From an uncultured bacterium (GTDB lineage: Bacteria; Verrucomicrobiota; Verrucomicrobiia; Limisphaerales; UBA8199): DNA of 64,000 bases. The stretch is taken from contig CAVVMW010000030.1 in the NCBI GenBank assembly GCA_963749495.1, forward strand, positions 1 to 64,000. The letters run 5' to 3'. Positions 1 through 9,619 of the stretch are shown here, piece after piece. The notes under the pieces were generated by a model that was not told the DNA's origin, searched no databases, and was given only the letters and a program-made list of their open reading frames with translations. The translations under genes were made by a program, and so were the position numbers. How positions within the stretch are numbered: the first letter of the stretch is position 1; each line of letters starts with the position of its first letter.

Positions 1-422
1 GTGACCCAGGGTAGCGCGTGCCGCGCAACAGAAAAAGGAATGTAGAGAACGCGGGGGCGAGATAATCCGGGACTCGGGAATACAGAAGTGACTTTGGAGA
101 AGTTGGGACCGCCCCCGTGTTCTTTACATTCCTGGGTTGAACGAAGCCGCGGCCCAAGGTTCGTTGGGCCATCCTTGGGGGTACTGCGGAAAGTGCCGGA
201 TCTGGCTTTGACTACGGTGTGCGGTCGAGGCTTTTGGGGACGGGTCAGAGCCGTGCCAAGCTGCGCCAGTCCCGGTGCTGACTGGGCAGCAGCGTCGTGG
301 AGGTTCCGGGATCGGCCGCCGGCCCCTTGGGACGCTGAAGCGGGTGCCACGCGAACAAAGCGCGGGGGTGGGAGTTGGCCCCCCAGCCGGAACGAGCAGT
401 GAGGTGGTCCAGGGCGTGGTTT

Positions 423-1664
423 TCATGGCGGCCTGATGGTGCGGCGGACGCCGAGGGGGGAGCCGTCGGGCAAGTGGATGACGTTGTCCCATGGGCGCCA
501 GGAGCCGACCAGGACCAACCCGGTGCCACAATGCGGACAAAGCAGGCCTGCCTGCCGGACAGGCAGGGGTGTGGGCTGGGCGCAGACTCCTTGAGCGGCC
601 AAGGCCGGGTCAGTCGGCGGGCTGGAGGTCGGAGGCTGCCAAGCGGCTTTCTCGGCCGCCAAGAGTAAGGGCGGTATTTTGAGCAGGGCTCGGATGCGGT
701 TGAACTGGGCGCGTCCCCCTGGATGGAGCCAGCCAAAGCGGCGGACCCGATGGAATCTGGGCGGCAGGACGTGCTGGAGGAAGCGGCGGAGGAACTCGAA
801 GGGGGCCATGTCAATGTGGCCCCAAGCCCCCGTGGCACTGTGGCGGAAGGGCCAGCGCAAGCGTCCGTCAGCCAGCAATTGGAGTTGGCGATTGCCGGTG
901 GCGGTTTTAAACACGTAACGGCTAAGGTAGCGCAACGCCTTTTGGCCCCTGCCGACAGCAGCGCTGTGAACGACCCAGCGTTGCTGCCAGACTTTGGCCG
1001 GCAGGAGGGCAAGGGCCTCGGGCATCTGCTTTTGGAGTGCCGCCTGGTAAAGCGTGCGGCAGCGATCGCTCAGGGCTTTGACCGGCAACAGGAACCGAGG
1101 GCGGCTGGAGATCCACTGGCGCTGATCTGGGCTGAGGCCGCCGCCGGGGACCAGGTAGTGGACGTGGGGATGGTATTCGAGGGTGCGCGTCCAGGTGTGG
1201 AGCACCCCCAGCATACCGAGGGTGGCGCCGAGGCGTTTGGGATTTTGAGCCAGATCCTGCAGGGCCTGGGAACTGGCGGCCAGGAGCAGGTCATAGCCCT
1301 TTTGGGGGTGAGAGCGGATCCAGCGGCGCAAGCCGTTGGGCACGGTGAAGGTGACCAGGAAATAGTTCACCGGCAGCAAAAGGGCGCTATTCTCATCGAG
1401 CCACTGCTGGGCGTCCTGGCCTCCGCACTGTGGACAGTGCCGGTCGTTGCAGGAGTGGTAGCTGAAGTGGCGGTGGTCGCACTTGGGGCAATAGTACATC
1501 GCCCCGCCCAGAGCCGGGGTGCGGCAAGCCAAGAGGCGTTGCAGCACCCGGCACTGGCGGGTGGGCATGGCAGCTCCGAACTGCTCCAGATAGGCCGGGG
1601 CCCATCGGCACAACACGTCGTGGACGGATAAGGAGCTGCCGCTGTCCTGAGCGGCTGCGGCCAT
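423..1664 (-). CDS. IS91-family (Y2 HUH) transposase
   Basis: Zn-binding CRT..C..C..HSCNDRHCPQC, HTW..LEYHPHVH HUH motif, YLSRY Y2 motif, HVLP..F.RVR.FG motif, C-terminal CPHC. Confidence 0.95.
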   Translation of the reverse strand: MAAAAQDSGSSLSVHDVLCRWAPAYLEQFGAAMPTRQCRVLQRLLACRTPALGGAMYYCPKCDHRHFSYHSCNDRHCPQCGGQDAQQWLDENSALLLPVNYFLVTFTVPNGLRRWIRSHPQKGYDLLLAASSQALQDLAQNPKRLGATLGMLGVLHTWTRTLEYHPHVHYLVPGGGLSPDQRQWISSRPRFLLPVKALSDRCRTLYQAALQKQMPEALALLPAKVWQQRWVVHSAAVGRGQKALRYLSRYVFKTATGNRQLQLLADGRLRWPFRHSATGAWGHIDMAPFEFLRRFLQHVLPPRFHRVRRFGWLHPGGRAQFNRIRALLKIPPLLLAAEKAAWQPPTSSPPTDPALAAQGVCAQPTPLPVRQAGLLCPHCGTGLVLVGSWRPWDNVIHLPDGSPLGVRRTIRPP

Positions 1665-1675
1665 TGAGAGGCCGC

Positions 1676-2565
1676 CTAGAGGTCGCCCATGAACTTGTTA
1701 ATGCGCTGCTGGTGCTGAGTCTGACAGAGGGTCGTTAAGTGGGTATAGATGACGGTGGTGACGGGGCTGTGGTGGCCGAGGTTGACCTGCAATTGGCGGA
1801 GGTTTTCGCCTTGCTCCAGCAGGTGGGTGGCATAGCTGTGGCGCAGCGTATGAATGTGGGCCGCCTTTTTGATGCCGCTGGCGTGCAGGGCCAGACGGAA
1901 GGCTCGTTGCAGCGTGGTGTGGTTCATGGGCTCGGTGGCGGTAGCAGCGCCCAGACCGCTGTGGCCTTTAGCTGGGAAGAGCCATCGTGGATGCCGGTGG
2001 CTGCGCCAGAGCTCGCGCAGCAGTTCCAGGGTGCGTTGGGGCAAGGGCACGTAACGGTCGCGGTTGCCTTTGCCCGCCCGGATGTGGAGGAACATCCGTT
2101 GGGAATCAATGTCGCCGACTTCCAGGTTGATGGCTTCGCCCAAGCGCAGGCCACAGGAGTAGATGGTCGTCAGGGCGACCCGATGGTCCAGAGGGGCAAC
2201 CCGGCCGATAATCGTGCGCACCTCGGAGGCCGAGAGGATAACTGGCAGCTTGAATTGGGGCGTGGCGCGCACAAACTCCAGTTCCGCGGGCCAGGGCCGC
2301 TGGAGGGTTTTCTCCCAGAAGAGTTTGATGGCACACAAAGCCTGCGTGGAGGTTTGGCGGGCCAAGTGCCGCTGGGTCTTGAGATGGATGAAATACTGGC
2401 GCAGTTCCTCGGCGCTCACCAAGTCGGGTGAGCGCTCAAAGTGATCGGAGAGTTGGCGTACACAGACCCAGTAGATCTCTTGGCTTCGGGGCTGGAGCGG
2501 CAGCAGAGCCAGGTCATCGGCAAAGCGGTTCAGGATTGCGTGAGGAGAACTTTTTTTATATGCAT
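1676..2565 (-). CDS. Tyrosine recombinase/integrase with N-terminal SAM-like domain (start uncertain)
   Basis: YSCGLRLGE, GKGNRDRYVP, HTLRHSYATHLLE, LGH..TT.IY catalytic motifs. The ORF is open to 2659, but the ATG at 2565 is out of frame across an A7 run. Confidence 0.93.
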
Positions 2566-2968
2566 AGCTGCGGTAGCTACAAGTTAATGGTGACGGTTTG
2601 CCGTGCGTCAATGCACGGCGAACCGTCATCAGTCTGGGGGAGTTCCGACCATAGGCCAATGCAAAACAAGCCCTCCAGCCTGCGAACTGCGAAGCCGCAG
2701 GAGTCCCGTCTTCTCCGCCGCGAAGCGGCTTCGTTCAACCCTGGGCTGAGTGATTTCCATCCCTTTGGGATGGAAGTCACGGCCTATTCTGAGACCTGCC
2801 GGCACAGGCATGGGCCTGCTGACGCGTCATAGAGGCTTGAAATCTTCGCCGGAATTTGCTTTGGTTTGGCAGGGCATGGAAACCGCGGCGGCCCGGCAGG
2901 CGAGGCCGGTTCGTCAGGATTGCGGCGGCACGGGGCGGTCGAACGCGGGGGAAAGGATTTTGCTGGAA

Positions 2969-5073
2969 GTGTCTGCTCATAAGAGAACGTCGTTCATTGT
3001 CGTGCTGTCTTGCCTGGGCGCGCTGGCGCTGGCAGCCGTGCTGCTGGGGCGGAACAGCGGGGCGGAGCGCCTGGCGTACAGCCCTGCAGGCTCGGATGCC
3101 GATGCACAGGCCCTGGTGGCCCGGTTGCTCGACACCAACCTGCCCTGGTTGGACCCGAAGCTTGTGCGGGCCGCCTACTCGGTCCGGCAAACGTCCCTGG
3201 AATGGCAATTGGGCGATGCCTTGCGGCAGCGGTCGTGGCGCCGCCTTTACCGGCAAGGGTCCAGCACCAATGCCGTCACGGTGAAGTGGAGGTCGGAGCC
3301 GGGTCGCCGGGTTGGCACCCGGCTGCAGACGCCCTTGACCGCCATGCTGGAAAGCCGGAGCAATTACGCGGTTCGCATGGTGGGAAAGGGCCGGTGGCGC
3401 GGGAAGACCGTCGTGGCCGTTGATGCCACCTTCCACCCGCCTGCCGCGGTCCGAGCCGATTACCTCGACCATGCCGGCGTGGCGCGCATTCTGATCGAGC
3501 CGGGCCAGGCGCTCCCGCTATTCATCGGCACCTCCCAGGCAGGGAGTTTTGGGGCCAAACCGCGCTTCGAGAGCACCTTCGAGTTCGGCCCGGACTTCTT
3601 CGGCCTCGATGGCGGGCGGGCACCGCGCTCGCTCGAGTGGCGCGGCGGAGGCCGAATGAGGACGCACGGCCGCTATGAGTTTCAGATCTTCAACCACTTC
3701 TGGTTCTTCAAGCGAGGCCGCATGGCGGGGCCGATCACGGGCCAGTGGTCGCACGCCAGTCAAAGGCTCGAATTGATCGGCTTGCGCGCCGAGCCGCTGG
3801 CCTCGGACTATTTCCTGGAGGAGTATCCGACGACGCTGACAACGGGCGACCCCGCGCCGGACCGGGCACGAGCCTGGGAATTCACCCCAGAGGATATATT
3901 CTGCGTGTCCCGGTTCAAGCTGGAGGCCGGCGCGGGCCTGCGCGTTGAACTGGCCGGCGGACTTGGGGATCGGGCACTGTGCGGACGGCGCCGTTTGGGC
4001 AATTCTCATCCCGCGCCAAGGGGGGACGCTAGCCAGCCGGGCCGCCAACGGGCCGGAGCGGATTGCCCACGTGTGGCTGCGCTTTCACCCGAAGGAAATC
4101 GGAACGTTTGTTTCCCCTGGAAACGTTGTCCCCCAACGGGGCGGCCGACCTCCAGCCCCAGATGCTCGTTATTGCCAACCTGAAAATGATGTCCGGCTGG
4201 CAGGCCGGGGGAATGGCCGCCATTCCCGAGCCCAACGAGATGGTTGTGGACGTGGATACCCAGGACGGCCCGCGGCGGCGCTTCGCAGTGGACACCAGGG
4301 CCGGGACCGCCGGGTACGCCGGCCAACTCGAAGCACAACCGGTGGACCTTTCGCCGGAGGCCATGGCGGTCACCTCCCACCCATTGCCCGACCATAGGCC
4401 GGAAAGCCTGGCCGAGGCGCGCGATTCGACCCGGCCCAAGGTCGTTTCCGTCGCCCCGGCCCAGGACGCGCCGGCGGTGGCTCCCGTTACCGAACTTCGG
4501 CTCCGTTTCGATCAGCCGATGGATCCCCTCTCCCTGGGCCTGGCCTGGGAATCCGGCGCCTGCCTCGCCTGGGACCCTCCCCAATACGATCCCACCAATT
4601 ATGAGTTTATCATCCCGGTCCGCCTGACTCCCGGCGTATTGCACCAGGTGGTAATCAACCAGTGAACGCACGGGTTTCCATTTCCACGCTTCCGCTCGAC
4701 CGAGGCGAAGGCGGCGGCTCTATTCGTCTGGCGGTTTGTGACTCAGAGGGCCCGCGCAGATGTCGGGAACACGCGTCCCGAAGCGCCAACGAGGGCAGAC
4801 GCACCCGGGGAAGAGGCCGGCGAGGGCAGCCAACACGCGCGGCTCCTGCGCTTGCTCGAGACGATGAAGCAGCGCCGCGCTCAGGTCACTTCCATCACGG
4901 AGCGCGTGCAGTCCCTGTCAGAGCCAGGCGGTGAGCTGTGGTTGGGGGTCGCCGCCTTCAAATGGCAGCAGCCCAATCGCTTTGTCAACATCCTCGATGG
5001 CAGCGGCGGCAACGTCAACGTGTACTGGGGCAAAATGGGTCCCACCGCCCGCAGCGGCAGCGGCATACGGTGA
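2969..5073 (+). pseudogene. Frameshifted exported protein with Ig-like (Big_5-type) domain
   Basis: Hydrophobic N-terminus from GTG 2969. The protein-like reading passes through the frames of ORFs 2750, 3945, 4063 and 4738. PKVVSVAPAQDA..VTELRLRFDQPMD is an Ig-like motif. Confidence 0.6.
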
Positions 5074-5125
5074 CTGCTTCGACAATGTTGGATTCCCTCG
5101 CAAATGCGGCGAGCGGGGTCACTCT

Positions 5126-5246
5126 TGTCCCGGAGGGACACTCGAGAATAGCCCAACGTTTCAACGTTGGATTTAGCCGCCCCGGGGGAATAAGTCCCGT
5201 AGGGACGGCTGAAATCACGGTCCATTTCAGCCGTCCCTCCAGGACT
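5126..5246. repeat. REP-like family A (TGTCCCGGAGGGACA..AATAGCCCAACGTTTCAACGTTGG..GTCCCGtAGGGACGGCTGA)
   Basis: Stacked palindromes; the same motif recurs at 8701, 8891 (reverse), 12198, 16242 and 27829. Confidence 0.85.
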
Positions 5247-5269
5247 CATCATCGTTCGGTACCGCTCAA

Positions 5270-5357
5270 CTTCGTTTCCTTCGTTTCCTTCTGTTCTTTT
5301 TCTGCGTCCCGGCGGCTGGGCACAGGAACAGAACAGAAGGAAACGAAGGAAACGAAG
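5270..5357. repeat. 27-bp perfect inverted repeat built of 9-nt units
   Basis: CTTCGTTTCCTTCGTTTCCTTCTGTTC (5270-5296) / GAACAGAAGGAAACGAAGGAAACGAAG (5331-5357). Confidence 0.85.
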
Positions 5358-5503
5358 AGGCGGCCTGATGCGCCAGCATCGATCGGGTCCGTGCCGGTTG
5401 AATGTTCGAGCAATCTCTTCAAGGGGAGAGGGCCGGGGTGGGGTCCGCCCGCGGTGCCGCTCCCGCTGTCTGAGGCCTTTGCCCGGGGATTTCGTTTTCC
5501 CCT

Positions 5504-5529
5504 GTAACAAGGCCGCGTCTTTCCGTATT
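5504..5529 (+). promoter_or_regulatory. Putative ECF-type promoter GTAAC-N15-CGTATT
   Basis: 10 nt upstream of the sigma ATG; the same motif and spacing occur at 6530-6555. Confidence 0.65.
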
Positions 5530-5539
5530 GTGGGCTTGT

Positions 5540-6295
5540 ATGGCGGAAAACGAATCCGGGGGCTCGGCCCGAACCCCGCCTCAATCGATCTTCGTGACGA
5601 CCCATTGGTCGGTGGTCCTGGCGGCCAAGGACAAGACCTCGCCGGATTGCGCCCAGGCCCTGGAGACACTCTGCAAGACGTATTGGTATCCGCTCTATGC
5701 CTTTGTCCGCAGTTCGGGGTATTCGCCGCCTGACGCGCAAGACCTGACGCAAGGGTTCTTCGCGCGGCTTCTTGCCAAAGACTACTTGCGAGTGGTGGAA
5801 CCTGAGAAGGGCCGTTTTCGCACTTTTCTGCGCATGGTGTTGAGGCGGTTCCTGGCCCATGAACGGGAGCGGGTCCGGGCCGAGAAACGCGGCGGCGGTC
5901 GGCCCTGCCTCTCGCTGGACACCGCCCTGGCGGAAGAGCGCTTCCAGGCCGAAGGTGCGGGCGCGCTCGCGCCGGACCAGCTCTACGACCGTCGCTGGGC
6001 GCTGGCTTTGTTGGATGAGGTCACGGCCCGGTTGGGTCACGAATACGCCGCCGCCGGCAAAGGGACTGAGTTGCAGCAGCTCAAACCCTACTTGACAGCC
6101 GAGCGCGGCCAGATTCCCTATGCCGAGATAGCGACTGCGATGCAGACCACCGAGGGGGCCGCGCGCGTGGCAGTCCATCGCCTGCGCAAACGATTTCGTG
6201 AATTGTTCCGCGAGGTGATAGCCGAGACGGTTGCGGACGCCGGAGAGGTCGAAGCGGAACTGCGCCATGTCATCGGCGCCTTGAGCCGGGCTTGA
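5540..6295 (+). CDS. ECF RNA polymerase sigma factor (kinase-associated, PVC type)
   Basis: FVTTHWSVVLAA N-terminus, YWYPLYAFVR, DAQDLTQGFF, KGRFRTFL, region 4 YAEIA..EGAARVAVHRLRKRF. Confidence 0.93.
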   Translation: MAENESGGSARTPPQSIFVTTHWSVVLAAKDKTSPDCAQALETLCKTYWYPLYAFVRSSGYSPPDAQDLTQGFFARLLAKDYLRVVEPEKGRFRTFLRMVLRRFLAHERERVRAEKRGGGRPCLSLDTALAEERFQAEGAGALAPDQLYDRRWALALLDEVTARLGHEYAAAGKGTELQQLKPYLTAERGQIPYAEIATAMQTTEGAARVAVHRLRKRFRELFREVIAETVADAGEVEAELRHVIGALSRA

Positions 6296-6351
6296 CCGCG
6301 GCACGGAGGGGCGCAGATCAGTTTTTGAACACCGTGAGCAGTCCGGGAAAA

Positions 6352-6498
6352 CCCCTCACCCCAGCCCTCTCCCCATCGGATGGGGAGAGGGAGTGGCAAG
6401 GCGTGGCTTTCGCAAGCTCCAGCGCGTTGGGATTCGCCGACCGACGTGCAACGGTCCACCCTCTCCCCATCCGATGGGGAGAGGGCCGGGGTGAGGGG
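6352..6498. repeat. REP doublet family B (CCCTCACCCCAGCCCTCTCCCCATCGGATGGGGAGAGGG and inverted copy)
   Basis: Inverted copies at 6352-6390 and 6459-6498; partial copy at ~5423-5444. Confidence 0.85.
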
Positions 6499-6529
6499 AG
6501 CCCGGCACGGCAAAACAACCGAACCTTCC

Positions 6530-6555
6530 GTAACAAACAACCGCAAGTTCGTATT
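6530..6555 (+). promoter_or_regulatory. Putative ECF-type promoter GTAAC-N15-CGTATT
   Basis: 6 nt upstream of the kinase ATG; matches 5504-5529. Confidence 0.65.
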
Positions 6556-6561
6556 TAGAGG

Positions 6562-8595
6562 ATGATGAACGAACCTACGACTGCCAAATGTCCTCGTTGT
6601 GGCGGGGAACTGCCCTCGGGCGCGACCGGGGGCATCTGCCCGCGCTGCGCGGCTGCCTTGCTGCAAGCGACTCAAACCGAGATGCCCGGCGGCCCTGAGA
6701 GCAAACGCGCCTTCACTCCGCCCGCGGCGGCCGAACTGGCGCCCGCCTTCCCGCAATTGCAGATCCTTGAACTCCTGGGCTGCGGGGGGATGGGCGCGGT
6801 GTACAAAGCCCGGCAAAAAGAGCTCGACCGCGTCGTAGCCCTCAAGATCCTGCCACCGGGCATCGGGGACGATCCGGCCTTTGCCGAGCGTTTTGCGCGT
6901 GAGGCCAAGGCGCTGGCCAGGCTCAATCACCCGGGCATCGTCACCATCTATGATTTCGGCCGCGCGGGCGGCTTGTACTACCTTCTCATGGAGTTCGTGG
7001 ACGGCGTGACCCTGCGCCGGCTCTTGCAGGGCGGCCGGGTCTCGCCGCGGGAGGCGCTGGCCATCGTCCCTCAGATTTGCGATGCGCTCCAGTACGCCCA
7101 TGACCAGGGGATTGTCCACCGCGACATCAAGCCGGAGAACATCCTCCTCGACCGGCGTGGACGCGTTAAGGTGGCGGATTTTGGCTTGGCCAAACTGGTC
7201 GGAACCGTGGACGAGCCGGCTTGCAGCGCAGAGGCTGCCGGTGTCCCGCCCGCGCTGACCGGCGCGCGGAAAATCCTGGGCACGCCGGCCTACATGGCCC
7301 CCGAGCAGGCGGAGCACCCGGCGGAGGTGGACCACCGCGCCGACATCTATGCCTTGGGCGTGGTGTTTTACCAGATGCTCACCGGCGAACTGCCGCCCAG
7401 GCCCTTGGAACCGCCTTCGAGGAAGGTCCGTATCGACGTGCGCCTCGATGAAGTGGTCCTGCACGCCATGGAGAAAGAGCCGGAGCGGCGCTATCAACAG
7501 GCCAGCCAGATCAAGACCGCAGTCGAGACCATCGCCGCCACCTCGCCGAACGAGGCGGGCCAGCGCGGCGCTCAAAGCGAGGAGGGCGCGACCGCAAAGG
7601 GGCCGTTGAAAGGCGAGGGCGACGCGGAACGAGGCAGGCTTCCCCGGTGGCAGATTTTCCTGGCCGGCATCCTGACACTTCTGCTTGTGGAGTTTGGCGC
7701 CCTGGCTTTCCAGGGCGGCGGGGAACTCTTCCCGGTTCTGTTGGTTGCAGGGGCCGCATTGGCCATACTGGTCTTGGTGAGGAAAGGCTGGTGGGATGTC
7801 TGCATCTCGGGGGCCGTTGTCATTTTGCTTTTGTTGCTGGCCCTCGCTGCCGCCATGGGGGACGCGTTTGGGCTCGCTCTTGGGGCGGGGGTGCTCGCGC
7901 TGGCGGCTTTCGCCCTCACGGTTACTCTCGCGGTCAGGAGGTTGCGCCTGTCGCGCGCTTTCCTCGTCGGATTCGCAGTGGTCTTTCTCTTCGTGTTCGG
8001 CGCCACCGCCGTGATCACCTTCCTCATGCCCGAGTCCTTTGCCAGCACCGCGCGAGTCAGGATAACGGCCGATGCCGCCCAAGCCCCTTCGACCGCCGGG
8101 CTTGCGCATTCCCCGGGCGGCTACGACCCCTTTCTCATCCAAACTGAACTCGAAGTCCTCCAGTCCGACGTCGTTCTCGGCAAAGTCATCGAGCACCTCG
8201 GTTTGAACAAGGAATGGGGCAAGATCTACGCGCGTGGAGAGCAGCTCAGACCCAACGAAGCCTTGGGCCTGCTCAAAGCCCGACTGGAGCTGCACCCAGT
8301 GCGCAACGCCAGCGTTATCGAAATCCACGCCTATTCTGAGAGGGCCGAAGAAGCCGCGGCCATTGCCAATGAGATCGCGCACGTTTACCAGGACCGCTAC
8401 GAGCACCCCGAGTCACCGATGCCGGATTCCCGTGTCCTGAGAGTCGAGATCATTGATAGGGCATTTCCCGCCTGGAGACCCATGCGTCCGAACAAGCCGG
8501 CCAATCTCGCTGTCGGGGCCCTGGCGGGGCTGTTATTGGGCGCCGCCGGCGGCGCCGGCCTCAGTGGTTACCGGTCCAGGAAGAAGACCGCATAA
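6562..8595 (+). CDS. Hanks-type Ser/Thr kinase with TM helices and C-terminal Wzz/CapA-like domain
   Basis: GCGGMGAVY, VALK, HRDIKPEN, DFGLAK, GTPAYMAPEQ; N-terminal CxxC..CxxC; several TM helices; STARVRI..QTELEVLQSDVVL..ASVIEI..AAAIANEIA..IIDRA.P..P.RPN + TM. Confidence 0.93.
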   Translation: MMNEPTTAKCPRCGGELPSGATGGICPRCAAALLQATQTEMPGGPESKRAFTPPAAAELAPAFPQLQILELLGCGGMGAVYKARQKELDRVVALKILPPGIGDDPAFAERFAREAKALARLNHPGIVTIYDFGRAGGLYYLLMEFVDGVTLRRLLQGGRVSPREALAIVPQICDALQYAHDQGIVHRDIKPENILLDRRGRVKVADFGLAKLVGTVDEPACSAEAAGVPPALTGARKILGTPAYMAPEQAEHPAEVDHRADIYALGVVFYQMLTGELPPRPLEPPSRKVRIDVRLDEVVLHAMEKEPERRYQQASQIKTAVETIAATSPNEAGQRGAQSEEGATAKGPLKGEGDAERGRLPRWQIFLAGILTLLLVEFGALAFQGGGELFPVLLVAGAALAILVLVRKGWWDVCISGAVVILLLLLALAAAMGDAFGLALGAGVLALAAFALTVTLAVRRLRLSRAFLVGFAVVFLFVFGATAVITFLMPESFASTARVRITADAAQAPSTAGLAHSPGGYDPFLIQTELEVLQSDVVLGKVIEHLGLNKEWGKIYARGEQLRPNEALGLLKARLELHPVRNASVIEIHAYSERAEEAAAIANEIAHVYQDRYEHPESPMPDSRVLRVEIIDRAFPAWRPMRPNKPANLAVGALAGLLLGAAGGAGLSGYRSRKKTA

Positions 8596-8700
8596 GGAGG
8601 CGGGTGTGGGACAGTAAAGGGACCACGCCATAAGGGGGCCACCGGAGTGGCGGTTCCTTGGGGGTGCAGTTGTATCCGCGCCGATACACGGCTGCGGCCC

Positions 8701-9005
8701 TGTCCCGGAGGGACATCCGAGAATAGCCCAACGTTTCAACGTTGGGTCCCGATGGCCGAGACACCCGAGTCCCGAAGGGACGGCTGAGGCTCAATCCCAC
8801 AAGTAACGTTCCTCGTACTCAAAGCGGTGTGTCTTGAGCAGGGCGATACACTCCTGCTGGAACGTCATCTTCCGAAGGACATGTCTGCCCTTCAGCCGTC
8901 CCTGCGGGACTTGCGCAACGAAAAAACCCTCACCCAAGGTTGAAACGTTGGGCTATTCTCAGAATGTCCCTCCGGGACAAAGACGTCCCAGCCCTCCCGG
9001 GGACT
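8701..9005. mobile_element. Internally deleted IS200/RAYT-like element: inverted family A REPs around a tnpA remnant
   Basis: REP 8701-8787 and inverted REP 8891-9005 flank the remnant at 8791-8882. Confidence 0.75.
8791..8882 (-). pseudogene. tnpA: IS200/IS605-family TnpA remnant (start codon joined to C-terminus)
   Basis: The minus strand reads ATGTCCTT then RKMTFQQECIALLKTHRFEYEERYLWD*, a typical Y1 TnpA C-terminus. Confidence 0.75.
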
Positions 9006-9093
9006 TGAAGCCGCTCTAATGGTTACTAGTTTGTCTCGCACCCGGTGATTGCAGGGCCTGGAATAGCTGCTTGATCCGGCCGCAGCTCTGGAT

Positions 9094-9465
9094 ATGCTCA
9101 AGACTATGAATCACGTCAAGGCTGAGCAACCGGGCGGCCCCAGGGCTGGCACGCCCCTCGACTTCGGGAAGTGGCCACGCCTAATTTGGCTCTTGCCGCT
9201 CCTGCTGATGGTGCTGTTCATCTCGAATTGCCCGGCGGCCGAACTACGCAGCCTCAAAGTGCTCTATGTGGGCAACGCCCGCTCGGCGCGAGCGGCCGAT
9301 TTCAAGGCCTTTCTCAGCACCAATGTCGCCCAGGTGGCCGTGGCGGAGCGCACCGCTTTCAACCCGGCGCAAGCCAATGACTACAATATCGATCCCCTGG
9401 CCAAGCGCCGTGGCATCCCCAGCGACCAGTTGCGCGGCCCGGCCCGAGCGTCGTTAGCGGACTGA
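9094..9465 (+). pseudogene. N-terminal fragment of exported hypothetical protein
   Basis: Hydrophobic signal followed by LKVLYVG..RAADFKAFL; degenerates after ~9380. Confidence 0.4.
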
Positions 9466-9619
9466 CGGGGATTGGCACGCGCACACCCTGGAGCACCCGG
9501 AGAGCCGTCTGGAGCCGTGTGGGCCATGATTTCGTTGGCTTTGAGTTCGGCCACACCGAACGGCTGCTAATTTTTTCGCATTTTGTTGTTGACACCTCGT
9601 TCCATGATGCTAAGCCTTT

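Larger units (their letters stand above)
30..2739 (-). mobile_element. IS91-like rolling-circle element (tyrosine recombinase + Y2 transposase) inserted in a REP-like palindrome
   Basis: Adjacent int and tnp genes. 17-bp inverted repeat at 134-150 / 2725-2741. Flanks 4-29 and 2740 onward rejoin into one hairpin at CAAC. The left boundary could instead be ~134. Confidence 0.75.

Noticed and set aside
1676..2659. Integron integrase
   Set aside because: No IntI-specific insertion is evident, and the gene is coupled to an IS91-like transposase.
6118..8406. 762-aa minus-strand ORF and similar long antisense ORFs (42243-44120, 54242-55867, 14317-15900)
   Set aside because: Shadow frames of well-supported genes in GC-rich DNA.
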